Of a DNA stretch of 64,000 nt, positions 32,947-43,801 are shown piece after piece (position 1 is the stretch's first letter; each line of letters begins with the position of its first letter). Made by a program: the position numbers and the translations under genes. The stretch lies in the NCBI GenBank assembly GCA_937625935.1, contig OW569371.1, positions 124,001-188,000 of the forward strand. The letters run 5' to 3'. The notes beneath the pieces are model-generated. The model saw nothing but the letters and a program-made list of their open reading frames with translations, was not told the DNA's origin and made no database searches. This stretch comes from Tetramitus jugosus. Its lineage: Eukaryota; Protista; Heterolobosea.

Positions 32947-35523
32947 TTATTCAACACTCTGTGGGAACAGATAGTTCTTTGCTTTGATAAAATGAGGCAA
33001 CCGAACATACTCGCTGTTGATGTCTTCTCTGAGACAGAGCATGGCAGCTTCACGACACCAGTTATCTAGATCAGCCGGTGTCAAACCATTCAGCTCGCAG
33101 TTAATGATGGCTTCAAATGCCATCTTCTCATAATCCTCCAACTTGACTGGCGTATTTTTGAGCTTGCTCTGAACAATTTGTTGCCGCTCGAGGTGATTGG
33201 GTAATCGAAGTTCAATCTGTTGATCAAATCTTCCTGGACGCAGAATTGCAGAATCCAACATCTCCGGCTTGTTGGTTGCAGCCAACACGAGGACTTGAGA
33301 CGAGGAATGTGAATTCACGCCATCCATCTCAATCAGAAGAGTACTCAACATTTGATCAGCACCCTGCGATTCACTCGTGTCATTGCCTCTCGCACGTGCA
33401 ATTGCTTCAAATTGATCAAAGAATAGAACACAGGGGCTGCATGCTCTCGCTCGATTGAAGAGCTGAGAAATGGCACGAGAAGGAGCACCGACGACCTTTG
33501 ATATGATATCTGTGCATTGTACGGAAACAAAATTCGCCTTTGCTTCATTGGCAATCGCTCTCGCTAAACTCGTTTTGCCCGTACCGGCTGGACCTCTGAG
33601 TAAGACTCCACGAGGTGGTTTAATACCCATGGAATCATACTTTTCTCTGTGTGTGAGCGGATGTAGAATAGAGATGTGAATCTTTTGAACGATATCATCG
33701 ATACCCGCTAGATCAGCAAACTTTACGTCCGATGCTGAATTGGAGCTGAAGCCGAGTCGAGATGACATTGCCATCGATTGCTTCATTTCCTTGATGATAT
33801 TGAGATAAACATCTTTGCCAACAACACTATTGCGTCCCACATCACACAACTTTTTCAAATCAGCAGCAACATAACCATGCGTCTCATGTGCAATCCTTTG
33901 TTGAAATTCTTCATCATGAATAAATTGATTGTTCGTTAATGCATTGAAAATGTGCAATCGAACAACAGGAGAAGGCGTTTTCAATTCAATGTCGCACTCG
34001 AGTCTATCCACTCGAGTGAACGACGAATCGATCGCGTCAGAGTTGGACATGACAGCCACCAATCCCACTCTAATATCATTCTGTTTTGCGGCCAACTCCA
34101 TACAGTACAATAACTCTGTACCGACAAGCTTCTCTATCCTAGAACCAGATTGCACATCCAATAAATCTTCCAACACAATCACATGTATCGCCTGATTCGA
34201 CGTCTTCTTTCGCTGTAGAGCACTCATGAAAATATTGCGCAAACTCTTTTCGGATTCACCGACATTTGATTTGATCAACTCGTTCGTAATGATACGATAG
34301 GACACAATGTTTGGATGCTCGGTTTGAAATTTGTTAAGAATTCTCTTGACAAAATAAGATTTTCCCACACCGCATTCAGCACGCAATAAAACGCCACGAA
34401 ATCCACCCAATGTTTGACTCGAATCGCTGCCAAACATGTACTCGCAAAACTTTTTCACTTCATAATCATATCCAGGCACCACTCCACTCATCTTGTCAAT
34501 CGTATCACTCAATGAGTGCTGTTGTTTTTCGACAGCAGCATCTAAATGTTCCTTGTCGTTCGTTATCAATGACAAAATCGTTGTTTCATCCATTGTAAAC
34601 AACTCATTAGACTTTAACACTACTTTTTCACCATTTTCACATTTACTACTTGTCGTCTCATTATCATCAAGAACAACATCAACCTTCAAACGAAAGATTC
34701 GACCACAAAATTCATACTTTATCACTTCATTCTTCACAAAACACACTTGTTCCGCAATGACCCACCGCAAGAATCCCTTTAACATGATTTTCGATATTTT
34801 TTGAATCACTTCCACATCATCATCATCACCATCATCACTATCCTCCTTATTTGATAAAAGAACAAGCAAATTTGCTCGTTTCACTTTTTTCACATTGAAA
34901 AAACTCATTGCAGAACTCAGAAAGATGAGCAAGTTGACATGTGAATGAACTGTGGGAAATTTCAATTGTCCATCAAACGGTCTTCTTCTTTGTTGAACAT
35001 TGTTATTGCAACAACATTCATTGACTGCAGATTGTAATTGAATAGAGAGTGCACGATTGATTTGACACGTTTTTTTCGTCTTGTCAGCATCACTGCTTTG
35101 TTGTTCTTGTTGTTCTTGCTGATTGGATGATGATAATTCAATTTTGGCCCACACTTTTTTCTTGTGTATTTTTTTCATCATTTTCGACCACCATTCATCA
35201 TCATCACTCATCTGATTATCACTAAACAAGAAATCATGTGGTTCTTGTGCATCGATTGAAATTTGAATCCATTGACCAACGATTAAATGGTATTGAAGCA
35301 ACGTAATTGCATCAAAATAAATGATGGATTGTGATGTGAGTGCAGTTGTTGATTCATTGTGCATCATCATCATTGATGTGTGGCATGATTGATGATGAGA
35401 AATGAGAGAGGTGGATCGTTTGATGGCTCGAGGAGCTTTTTTGGTGGTGGTGGTGGTAGTGGTTGTGTCATTTGTTAAAGGTGTGCTGCTACTGCTGCGT
35501 TTTTTGTTGTTTGTCGCTTGCAT
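32947..35523 (-). CDS. Type II AAA+ protein, CDC48/AFG2(SPATA5)-like, with degenerate catalytic motifs
   Basis: Two AAA modules. D1 has AECGVGKS and VGESEKSLR. D2 has PPRGVLLRGPAGTGKT, LFFDQ and AATNKPEMLDSAILRPGRFD. Confidence 0.88.
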   Translation of the reverse strand: MQATNNKKRSSSSTPLTNDTTTTTTTTKKAPRAIKRSTSLISHHQSCHTSMMMMHNESTTALTSQSIIYFDAITLLQYHLIVGQWIQISIDAQEPHDFLFSDNQMSDDDEWWSKMMKKIHKKKVWAKIELSSSNQQEQQEQQSSDADKTKKTCQINRALSIQLQSAVNECCCNNNVQQRRRPFDGQLKFPTVHSHVNLLIFLSSAMSFFNVKKVKRANLLVLLSNKEDSDDGDDDDVEVIQKISKIMLKGFLRWVIAEQVCFVKNEVIKYEFCGRIFRLKVDVVLDDNETTSSKCENGEKVVLKSNELFTMDETTILSLITNDKEHLDAAVEKQQHSLSDTIDKMSGVVPGYDYEVKKFCEYMFGSDSSQTLGGFRGVLLRAECGVGKSYFVKRILNKFQTEHPNIVSYRIITNELIKSNVGESEKSLRNIFMSALQRKKTSNQAIHVIVLEDLLDVQSGSRIEKLVGTELLYCMELAAKQNDIRVGLVAVMSNSDAIDSSFTRVDRLECDIELKTPSPVVRLHIFNALTNNQFIHDEEFQQRIAHETHGYVAADLKKLCDVGRNSVVGKDVYLNIIKEMKQSMAMSSRLGFSSNSASDVKFADLAGIDDIVQKIHISILHPLTHREKYDSMGIKPPRGVLLRGPAGTGKTSLARAIANEAKANFVSVQCTDIISKVVGAPSRAISQLFNRARACSPCVLFFDQFEAIARARGNDTSESQGADQMLSTLLIEMDGVNSHSSSQVLVLAATNKPEMLDSAILRPGRFDQQIELRLPNHLERQQIVQSKLKNTPVKLEDYEKMAFEAIINCELNGLTPADLDNWCREAAMLCLREDINSEYVRLPHFIKAKNYLFPQSVE

Positions 35524-35689
35524 GTTGTGGTTGCTTTTTTTGCTGTTTCTTTGTTCGCGTGAATGGTTGAAGTTTCAACAACTAAAAGAATATTGTTCCG
35601 ACTTGACAAAATTGGTTGTATTTGAGGATTGGTAAACAAATGGGTGATGCAAGCAATGGGGTGGGGTGGAAAATGGAAAATGAAAGAGA

Positions 35690-38497
35690 TTAGTAGAGGG
35701 TGAGAGAACTTGTGTTCCGACCCAGCTTCTCCAGTTTTTTCTTGACTAACTTGATATCTTTGATGTCTATTCGATCAAGTATGCCCTGTACCTTGTCATG
35801 TATCTTTGGATATTTGCTGTTGTATGGGTGCTTTGAATAGGCAATTTGAGAATATTTGACAAGAAATTCCTCGAATTGATCGTATGTTAGTTCATCTGGA
35901 GATAGTGCAGAAGCACATGACCGTAAAATTCGAAAGATATCCTTTTTAGATGCCAGCTTGGGCACAAGGTTGAAGTCTGAAGCAAAGAAGAAGAGTTCGT
36001 TGCAGTTCATGTGAGTTCCATGCATAGTCTTACTAACAAAACTCTCGATCGAACTATAAACCAAGAATATCTTCTGCAAATTTTGTCTATGTTTGGCGAG
36101 AACCGATTGCATAGTTTCATCCTCCATGTCTATAGATCCAAATATATCGGCGACTTTCTTTGCAAATGGGAGAATATGAGAAACGAGTAGTTGGATTAAT
36201 GCGTTGCTGAAAGGTTCTTCTGAGAAACACCTCTTGGCTAGTTCTTTCAAGGTTTCAAAGAAGGAGTCGAAATCCATTCTTTGTTGCGCCGGTTTCAGTT
36301 GAGCAGCACTATTTGTCTTCAATTGCTTTTTCTGTTTCTTCTTTGCGGCTGTTGTGAGAATTTTGAGGTACATTAAATCGACCTCTTCAGGCTTAATTCC
36401 ATATCGGCTAACTTTGATATCTTTCACGAACATTTTAAACTTTGCAGAACTCAAGTAATCCAGGTTCATCTTGTTGCCGTAAGAACAATAATACATAAAA
36501 ATTCTGTGCAACTCATCCTTTAGCAATAGTTCGTCCCTCAACAGTGCTTCGTATTTTGACCTATCAACTGAGGGTAAGGGTTCAATTGGTAGAGTTGCTT
36601 TCTTGGCACTGGTTGGTGTTCTCCGAGTGGAACTCCTGGAAGGTGTTCTCGACCGGACTGGCTTTTTCGTTTCAGTTTTTTGTTGAGATGGTACATCGAG
36701 CTTAAGGGTTTCCTCAGTAGTAGATTTGAGTGGAGTATTACTAGCTTGGTGGTCTTCTGGTGGTGACAACAGACTCATTTCCAATTCATTGAAATCTTTC
36801 ACAACCCTTCTGATTTCAGGCGACACTTCAGGGGACTTACTCCACTTCAACGATCTGACTGGGGGGATAGGTTTTGTGATAGATTCGGTTTTGATCTCTT
36901 TCATATCCAAGTGGAACAGATCAAACAATTGAGATTCTTTGTCCTTGCCACCAAACAAAATCATTCTATTGTCCCCTATTGAATCAAAGAAATGAAGGAA
37001 ACGACCTGAAGGTTCCTCTCCTTCTATGATAACAGGTATCCACAAGTTGAACTGTATGTGATAGGCATGTACGTCAGAGAATACGGTCGAAGAATTTCGT
37101 CCTCCATAAACAATGAGGTAATCTCCTTGTTTGGTCATTTGATGAAATGCTCGTGCTCTAGGTGCACCTATACTTGAAAAAACTCTCCAAGTTTGAGTTT
37201 CTAAGTTAAAGCCATACATGTCATTTAGATAGTTTCCTTTCATGTCCAACCCTCCAAATACAACAATTTCTTGAGATGAAGAAAGAACGCTAGTGTGTGC
37301 ATACCTCGGAGTTGGACTCAATCCAAAGGATTGACATTGATCCCATTGGTAGGTATTTAAGTCCAACTTGAAGATGCTATTGCTGAGTTCTCCACTTTCA
37401 GTTCTACCTCCGAATAAATAAACGTTATTCTCTTTTGCTACACAAGTAAAGAATTCTCTCGCTTGAGGTAAGAACTCTCCCGAGCATGTCACTGACGACC
37501 AAGTCATATTGGCCGAGAAATTGAGAATACTCAATTCTAGTATCGAGTGATAATTGTGGGAAGATTCGAGTTTGAGGCAAGATATGGGTATGAACCCCAT
37601 ATCCCCATCGAGGGTAGTCACGTTCACCCAAACAGAATCATCCTGAATCTCATCCATGTCCACTATGACCTTTTGACCCTTCTTCACACATAGTTTACTC
37701 GGATCCTTTGATTCGTAAGATACGGTAACACTAGCAGAACTACCGTGCTCTGATGCAGGCCACAATACAAGAAGCCTTTCCGAATCCTCGCTCGGTATCG
37801 CCATGTAAAATGGAGCTTCTTCTGGACCTCTTCCATTCAACTTTGCTCCACTCCATTGTAATGTCGTAGTGTCACATATATACAATTGACTATTAGACCG
37901 ATTGGAACCCCCAAGAACAAGCATATCTTGTCCTATTGTCGTCACTGCTTTTGATCTCCAAGAGCTTCCCTTTGCTTTTATTCCTGACCTCCACGTCACA
38001 ATAATTTTTTCTACAGGACATGATTTACCTTCTTCAGCTTCATTGTCTGAAAACTCGCTGCTCGTTATCCCTTGCATAAAATCATTAAGATAGTTGTTGT
38101 TATCCTCTCCCAGTTCTCTTCGATTCAACTTTGTGTTCAAATTTTTATCTTTCCGATCAAATGGTCTTAATTCATAATCATTTTCTTCCTCGTATTCATC
38201 ACTCTCTCCTAGCTCATCCAAATCCAACAAATAGTTTCTCAGCTTAAAATTGTGATGAACTTTGAGAGGCGATTTTGTGACATTGTCGTTGTGGTTCGTG
38301 GTTGGATGAGGTTTTGATATCCTAGAATGTACTCTCACAGGAGAAGGGGATCTCTTCAACATCAAATCGGCTGAAGATATAGGTTCAGCAACTCTGACTC
38401 CTCTTGGAGAAGAGTCAACCGCGATTTCTTTCCAGTTGTAAGGAGATTGAGGGCTATTGCTCATCAGAGCCGACTTTGACGAGAAACTGGTGTACAT
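35690..38497 (-). CDS. Kelch-repeat protein with SH3 insert and C-terminal p25-alpha/EF-hand-like region
   Basis: Kelch blades (VYLFGG, PRYAHT..VVFGG, RAFHQM..IVYGG, GRFLH..ILFGG). SH3-like YESKDPSKLCVKKGQ...W...GFIPISCL. C-terminal LHRIFMYYC...SAKFKMFVKD...VDLMY. Confidence 0.82.
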   Translation of the reverse strand: MYTSFSSKSALMSNSPQSPYNWKEIAVDSSPRGVRVAEPISSADLMLKRSPSPVRVHSRISKPHPTTNHNDNVTKSPLKVHHNFKLRNYLLDLDELGESDEYEEENDYELRPFDRKDKNLNTKLNRRELGEDNNNYLNDFMQGITSSEFSDNEAEEGKSCPVEKIIVTWRSGIKAKGSSWRSKAVTTIGQDMLVLGGSNRSNSQLYICDTTTLQWSGAKLNGRGPEEAPFYMAIPSEDSERLLVLWPASEHGSSASVTVSYESKDPSKLCVKKGQKVIVDMDEIQDDSVWVNVTTLDGDMGFIPISCLKLESSHNYHSILELSILNFSANMTWSSVTCSGEFLPQAREFFTCVAKENNVYLFGGRTESGELSNSIFKLDLNTYQWDQCQSFGLSPTPRYAHTSVLSSSQEIVVFGGLDMKGNYLNDMYGFNLETQTWRVFSSIGAPRARAFHQMTKQGDYLIVYGGRNSSTVFSDVHAYHIQFNLWIPVIIEGEEPSGRFLHFFDSIGDNRMILFGGKDKESQLFDLFHLDMKEIKTESITKPIPPVRSLKWSKSPEVSPEIRRVVKDFNELEMSLLSPPEDHQASNTPLKSTTEETLKLDVPSQQKTETKKPVRSRTPSRSSTRRTPTSAKKATLPIEPLPSVDRSKYEALLRDELLLKDELHRIFMYYCSYGNKMNLDYLSSAKFKMFVKDIKVSRYGIKPEEVDLMYLKILTTAAKKKQKKQLKTNSAAQLKPAQQRMDFDSFFETLKELAKRCFSEEPFSNALIQLLVSHILPFAKKVADIFGSIDMEDETMQSVLAKHRQNLQKIFLVYSSIESFVSKTMHGTHMNCNELFFFASDFNLVPKLASKKDIFRILRSCASALSPDELTYDQFEEFLVKYSQIAYSKHPYNSKYPKIHDKVQGILDRIDIKDIKLVKKKLEKLGRNTSSLTLY

Positions 38498-38917
38498 ATG
38501 CGCCTCTCAACTAACGATAAGAGAGTTCTCGCTCTGAGATGATAATAGTTTGTAGCAGCTCTAACGGTTTCGATCGCGGGAAACACTCTTTTTTTCAAGA
38601 TCGGAAAAACTAAAATTTCACACATGCAGAAACCATATCATCTTTCGATAAAATTGATACTTGACTTCAGATAGACTTAACCTCAATGAATAAACAAAAT
38701 AAGTCTTTAGGATGGTCGCCACGGTCGGAGTGCGGATACTCTTCGGAGGATAACGACACACTTCAATAAATTGGAACACTAACCTGTCAAGGACCTAGAC
38801 ATTCAGCTTAACTGCCACTCACTTCATCCACAGATGTGTGCGGTAACCTATCGCTGGCATAGTTTTACTTTTCGGAAAACATTGGTCACTAACAAACCTT
38901 ACAAACGAGAAAATTTA

Positions 38918-40045
38918 TTAAATATCCAAGTCAGCATCTGGATCATCACTGTCATACTCATCGTCATCCGAATCAGAATCAACAATAATGAAACCCTTAT
39001 TCTGTTGTGGGACTGTACTCTTCTGTTGTTGATTGTGCAGTGCCAATCCTTCTGCCACATATGGCAAAACCACTCTTTCTCTGTCCTCTTGTTCCTTCCT
39101 TGACAAATCCACCTTGAAAGGTAACTGTCTCTGAATATCCTTCTTGTCTTGTGGTCGATCTGTAATCTTGATTTTTGACATGCCGCTCGAGATACCACCA
39201 CCATCAACCTTCTTTGTCGCATCAGCACTACCACCACCACCAACAACCACATTAGCAGAGGATGAAGAAGACACTGCTTCTCCATTTGCATTTGCACTTC
39301 TCTTCTTTCTCTTTGATATAAATGGATGCTTCACATGTGAAATGACACAATCATCCTCACTCATCACTCGATAAAACTCCTCATGTGCCAACAACTTGCT
39401 CCTCGTTCTCATACTCATCAATTCGCACTTGAAATCAAACTGCTTCAAATCCAACACCTTCTCCTCCTCATGATCACCCTCGCCAAAGAAATAACTCCGC
39501 TTGCTCGTGTCCACATCATTTGAATCTTGAATTTCAATGATACCTTGAGCTTTCATCCTCAAAAAATTGACTTGATCATCGTAGAGACCACCAGCACCCG
39601 AATCAAGCGTATCACTATGAATGATACCAATGACAGAGTCAACATTTGAACCATGATTCAACAATTCGTTCAATAATTGTTCCATAAAGAGACTCGTCGC
39701 AGAGAAACCAAACTGAAAAACAAGTAAGCTCCAACTGTCGACAATCACAATGCACGGAATATCATCGCGCTCTTTTTTTGCCGCCAAAAATGAAAAAATG
39801 GCGGTTGAAAGTTCCGACATGGTTTTCATGTGAGTGGTGTGAACGAGTGTGAGAAGAGAGCGATGCTTGGTGTAGACACTGGATTTGCGAGTGTTGTTGG
39901 TGATGCATAGGAAGCGATGAGTGGTTTGATGAGCGTTGAATACCTTGTGGAGTAAGAAGGGTGTGTAGTTTTTGCTGTTGCGATCATCAATGATCACAGT
40001 GTAGGGATAGTGTGATGTGTTGTGCAGAATTTGTTGCAAAATCAT
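38918..40045 (-). CDS. ELP5: Elongator complex protein 5
   Basis: RecA-like IVIVDS and GIIHSD, plus the ELP5-type C-terminus PFKVDLS..EQEDRERVVLPY...DSDDPDADLDI. Confidence 0.8.
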   Translation of the reverse strand: MILQQILHNTSHYPYTVIIDDRNSKNYTPFLLHKVFNAHQTTHRFLCITNNTRKSSVYTKHRSLLTLVHTTHMKTMSELSTAIFSFLAAKKERDDIPCIVIVDSWSLLVFQFGFSATSLFMEQLLNELLNHGSNVDSVIGIIHSDTLDSGAGGLYDDQVNFLRMKAQGIIEIQDSNDVDTSKRSYFFGEGDHEEEKVLDLKQFDFKCELMSMRTRSKLLAHEEFYRVMSEDDCVISHVKHPFISKRKKRSANANGEAVSSSSSANVVVGGGGSADATKKVDGGGISSGMSKIKITDRPQDKKDIQRQLPFKVDLSRKEQEDRERVVLPYVAEGLALHNQQQKSTVPQQNKGFIIVDSDSDDDEYDSDDPDADLDI

Positions 40046-40137
40046 CTTTTTGTTGTTGTTGGTTGTTGTTTTTTGGTTGGGAAGAAAATTTTTTATGTTT
40101 TTTGGGGTTCGTTTGTGGAGAGGCACAGCAGCGCTTT

Positions 40138-41313
40138 TTATACAATGAATCGTTCTGCTTGTACACTGTAGTTGCTTGTTGTTGGACGAGTCTGCTGAGG
40201 ATCATTTTCATTTTCTCCACAGTCATCATCACCGTCATTATTGGTGTCTGTGATGGGCGTAATTTCAATTGAAATGAGAGCCAAGCCTGAACGAGATGGA
40301 TAATTTCCTGTGCCACAGCTCAGCGTTCGACCAATTGTCTGCTGGAATTGGCCTTGATTCATGTCAACTGATTCATGAATGTGGCCATGGAGAGTCAACA
40401 GTGGACCCCGTTCTTTGATCAACTGATAAATGGCTTTGGATCCCACGTGCAAATGGTGCTTTGTTTCATCCAAGCACGTGTTAAAGGGTGGTGAATGAGT
40501 CATCCATATCATTCTACGATACACACTATCGAGCTCTTCCACTGTCAACTCCTCTTCTGGGTCTCTGTCGTGCTGTTCTTGCTGTACCTTTTCAAATTCA
40601 GTCAACACTTGTTTCATGTGTGTTTCAATTGAATAGGCATGAACAAACGACTTGTTCTGATAGGGAAATGCGATCGGATAGACACCTTTTCCATACTTTA
40701 ATGTTTGTTCCAGTAAACGAGTGCTCTTCTGTCCTGCCTTCTTCAAGTCATCCAAGTTCACTTGATCTGTGCGGTTTAACAATAATTGCCAATGAAATTG
40801 TTCATTAGATTCAAAGGAACTCACTCCGCGATACGTGTGTGAATTTTCTGCCAAAATGGAAGCATTCCGTAGCTCTTCATCCGTCATCTCACTCATATCG
40901 AAGCGTTCAAAATCCTTGAGATTGTGCGGCGAGAATGGTACTCCAGAATAGGCCAATAAGAACAAATCAGTGTTCGGTAGTCGTATCACTTGAGAGTTGA
41001 GCAAAATTACGTTCGTTCCAATGCACGCTTGCATCAATTCATAAAGGTTGGCATAAAAATCTGCATTTCCCATCGAAATGAACACCTTGTTCTCAAATTG
41101 TTGCAGTATGGGCAAGACCTCATTGGTAAAGTATGTTTTCTGTGCTTGAACCGACTTTACAGGTTTGAAAATGTTGGTCGTTTGTCGCGACTTTAGAAAC
41201 AAATCGCCATTCACCAACAGGTAATCGGCCTTCTTTTCATTCGCGTATTGAACTAATTTTCGGTATTGCTTCAAGTTTCCATGCAGATCAGAGGAATGAA
41301 CGATGCGTACCAT
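40138..41313 (-). CDS. Calcineurin-like metallophosphoesterase (Icc-related)
   Basis: SDLHG, GDL, GNAD, HSPP...HVGSKAI, LHGHIHE. Confidence 0.87.
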   Translation of the reverse strand: MVRIVHSSDLHGNLKQYRKLVQYANEKKADYLLVNGDLFLKSRQTTNIFKPVKSVQAQKTYFTNEVLPILQQFENKVFISMGNADFYANLYELMQACIGTNVILLNSQVIRLPNTDLFLLAYSGVPFSPHNLKDFERFDMSEMTDEELRNASILAENSHTYRGVSSFESNEQFHWQLLLNRTDQVNLDDLKKAGQKSTRLLEQTLKYGKGVYPIAFPYQNKSFVHAYSIETHMKQVLTEFEKVQQEQHDRDPEEELTVEELDSVYRRMIWMTHSPPFNTCLDETKHHLHVGSKAIYQLIKERGPLLTLHGHIHESVDMNQGQFQQTIGRTLSCGTGNYPSRSGLALISIEITPITDTNNDGDDDCGENENDPQQTRPTTSNYSVQAERFIV

Positions 41314-41397
41314 TATGCTGCTGATCACTTGGTTTTTTTTCGGGTATTCGTTTGTGCAAGTTCTGTCTGTTGTCTGTTCTGGTTCATGAAGTGAAAT

Positions 41398-43476
41398 TTA
41401 TGGTTGCTTCTTCTTTTGCATAAAAGATTGAATTGTTCTGTTGTTCGGAACGCTGCTATTCTTTGATGTGATACCTGAAGCTTTGTCGTTCTTGTCTTGC
41501 TGTTGTTGAATCTGTCTGGCAGATTGAAAGCCTCCTGCACCTTCAGTCAAATCTTCCACAGGTTTCCTGATGGACGAGATGGTTCGTACACCGGCATAGG
41601 TCATCCTAGGACGTTTCGATTTGTGTTCCATTCTCTCCTCAGCTGCCAACGTAGCAAATATGTCCTTGATCGAGGAATCGTCTGCTGATACATTCTTTGG
41701 AGAGTTGTCTTCTTCGCTTGGTCTAGGTCGTTTGTTTGTCGCTATCGTGCTTTCAGTAGCACTTGGCTTCTGTTGTGATGCTGGCATGGTGCTCGAGGAA
41801 GCTGTAGGTGGTACTGGTTTCTTGAGAGTTGTCATGCTCATGTATGGATTCTTCTGGAGTAAGTTGCCTGATCCTAGCAAGCCATTGGATCCAAGCAGGG
41901 AAGAAGTTCCCATGGACGAACTAGTTGAACTAATGCCTCGGTTGCTGATCCGAAGATTTCCACCAGGCGCTACCTTAAGGCTACTGAGTGGAATGGCACG
42001 ACCGAGTCGAGGAGCCAGTGTTTGTTTGAGACGTGCTGCAAAAGCATCAGCAACGGGATCTTCCTCAGGTCCCAACATTGCGTCATATTCATTGTCCGAG
42101 AATGATTCAATATCATCATGTGCCAGATAGTTACTCTTGGTGTTGATAGCTCCCATGACTGTAGCAAATGATACGTTATCCTGCGCCTTATTCAACCGCT
42201 GAATTAGCTTGGTGACAGCAGCCTTGTCCTTGCAGTAATCACAGGTACCCTTACACACATCGGTTCGTAGCTGCTCTCCAAAGAACTCGATCAAAAACTT
42301 TCTTCGACAATGAGCCTTGTCACACAATCGACAAACCTGCTCAAAATCCTTCCGAACAATCTCATCACGCTTCTCGTCATCGCTTTTACTTGAAAGTAAA
42401 AAGTTCATCGTCCTCTTGTCCTTTGTGCAGTAGTAGATGAGACTGTGAGCTGCCTTCTTGTCTCTGCCTGCTCTTCCAGACTCCTGATAGAAACCTTCTA
42501 CTGATTTTGGCAAACTCCAATGCACCACAAAACGAACATCCTTCTTATCAATACCCATACCAAAAGCGATTGTAGCCACCACAATCTTAACCTTTCCTGA
42601 TGTCCAATCGTCTTGAACAGACTTTCTCTCCGAGAGCTTCAAACCGGCATGATAAGCCTTTACGGACAATTTTCCACCTGTGGAGAGCTCTTGACACAAC
42701 TCATCCACTTGCTTCTTTGTTGCACAATAAATAATACCTGTCTCGTTCGGATATCCCTTTAAAAAATTGCGCAAATCAATAATCGGACTATCAAGCAACT
42801 CCTTGTATCGAACTTCATAGGTAATCTCTGGTCGATTGAAACTCGTGACATAGTACTTTGGATCCTTGAGTCCCAACGTCTGTATAATATCATTCTTCAC
42901 CTTGGGCGTAGCAGTCGCAGTTAATGCAATCAGAGGCACCGCAGGAAACCACTTTTTCAAATTACTCAACAATCGATACTTTGGTCTAAAATCGTGACCC
43001 CATGAAGAGATACAATGCGCTTCATCAATCGCAACCAATGACAATTGACCTCTCTCTGCCAACAATCGCAACGTAGATTGAAGCTTCTCACCAGCAATCG
43101 ACTCTGGTGTCGTGTACAAGAATTTGAGACCCGGACTACCTGATTCCAAATCTTCGACAATTGTTCTCATCTGAGTCACTTTTTGAGTACTGTTCCAAAA
43201 ATTGGCCTTTATATTTTTTTGGAGCAGTGCAGTCACTTGATCATGCATCAGTGCAATCAATGGAGAGATGACGAGCGTAACACCACTGTTGACAACACCA
43301 GGCAATTGAAAACACAGTGATTTACCTGCACCTGTGGGCATCAACACGAGAACATCACGTTTTTCAATCACAGTGGACTTGATAATGGCATGTTGATTGG
43401 GCCGAAACGATTCCAATTTGAAGACATTGTGCAGTGAGTCTTGAATTTTTTGTTCAAGTCGCTCATGTTCACTCAT
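41398..43476 (-). CDS. RecQ-family DNA helicase (RECQL5-like, no HRDC seen)
   Basis: MPTGAGKSLCFQLP, DEAHCISSWGHDFRP, ATIAFGMGIDK, YQESGRAGRD, and RQC zinc motif CRR...CKGTCDYC. Confidence 0.93.
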   Translation of the reverse strand: MSEHERLEQKIQDSLHNVFKLESFRPNQHAIIKSTVIEKRDVLVLMPTGAGKSLCFQLPGVVNSGVTLVISPLIALMHDQVTALLQKNIKANFWNSTQKVTQMRTIVEDLESGSPGLKFLYTTPESIAGEKLQSTLRLLAERGQLSLVAIDEAHCISSWGHDFRPKYRLLSNLKKWFPAVPLIALTATATPKVKNDIIQTLGLKDPKYYVTSFNRPEITYEVRYKELLDSPIIDLRNFLKGYPNETGIIYCATKKQVDELCQELSTGGKLSVKAYHAGLKLSERKSVQDDWTSGKVKIVVATIAFGMGIDKKDVRFVVHWSLPKSVEGFYQESGRAGRDKKAAHSLIYYCTKDKRTMNFLLSSKSDDEKRDEIVRKDFEQVCRLCDKAHCRRKFLIEFFGEQLRTDVCKGTCDYCKDKAAVTKLIQRLNKAQDNVSFATVMGAINTKSNYLAHDDIESFSDNEYDAMLGPEEDPVADAFAARLKQTLAPRLGRAIPLSSLKVAPGGNLRISNRGISSTSSSMGTSSLLGSNGLLGSGNLLQKNPYMSMTTLKKPVPPTASSSTMPASQQKPSATESTIATNKRPRPSEEDNSPKNVSADDSSIKDIFATLAAEERMEHKSKRPRMTYAGVRTISSIRKPVEDLTEGAGGFQSARQIQQQQDKNDKASGITSKNSSVPNNRTIQSFMQKKKQP

Positions 43477-43801
43477 TTTATTTTCCTTGTTGTTGTCGTC
43501 ATCATTGTTTTTGTTGTTTTTGTTGGTTGGTTGAAGGAACCGAAGCATTGTGTGTTTTTGTTGTTTGGCTTTGTTGTTACTTCACGTTGAGCTTCACGGC
43601 TTCTTTGTCGGTCATTGGTGCGGTTGTGTGTAATTTTGGGTCTTCGTTGGACTTCCAGAAAATTATGGAGCAGCTTTTTTTTGGCGGTAAAGGAGAGGCG
43701 GATTTCAATTTACCCAAATCGCCTATCCGCAGAGGATCACGGTGTTTCTTCTTGGGTTGGGAAGGATGATGATCCTCAACCCAAAACAATCGTAAAAAGA
43801 T

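Noticed and set aside
38836-38849. 13-mer AGGTTACCGCACA also found at ~62659
   Set aside because: A single 13-mer match is expected by chance in 64 kb on two strands, and the flanks do not align.
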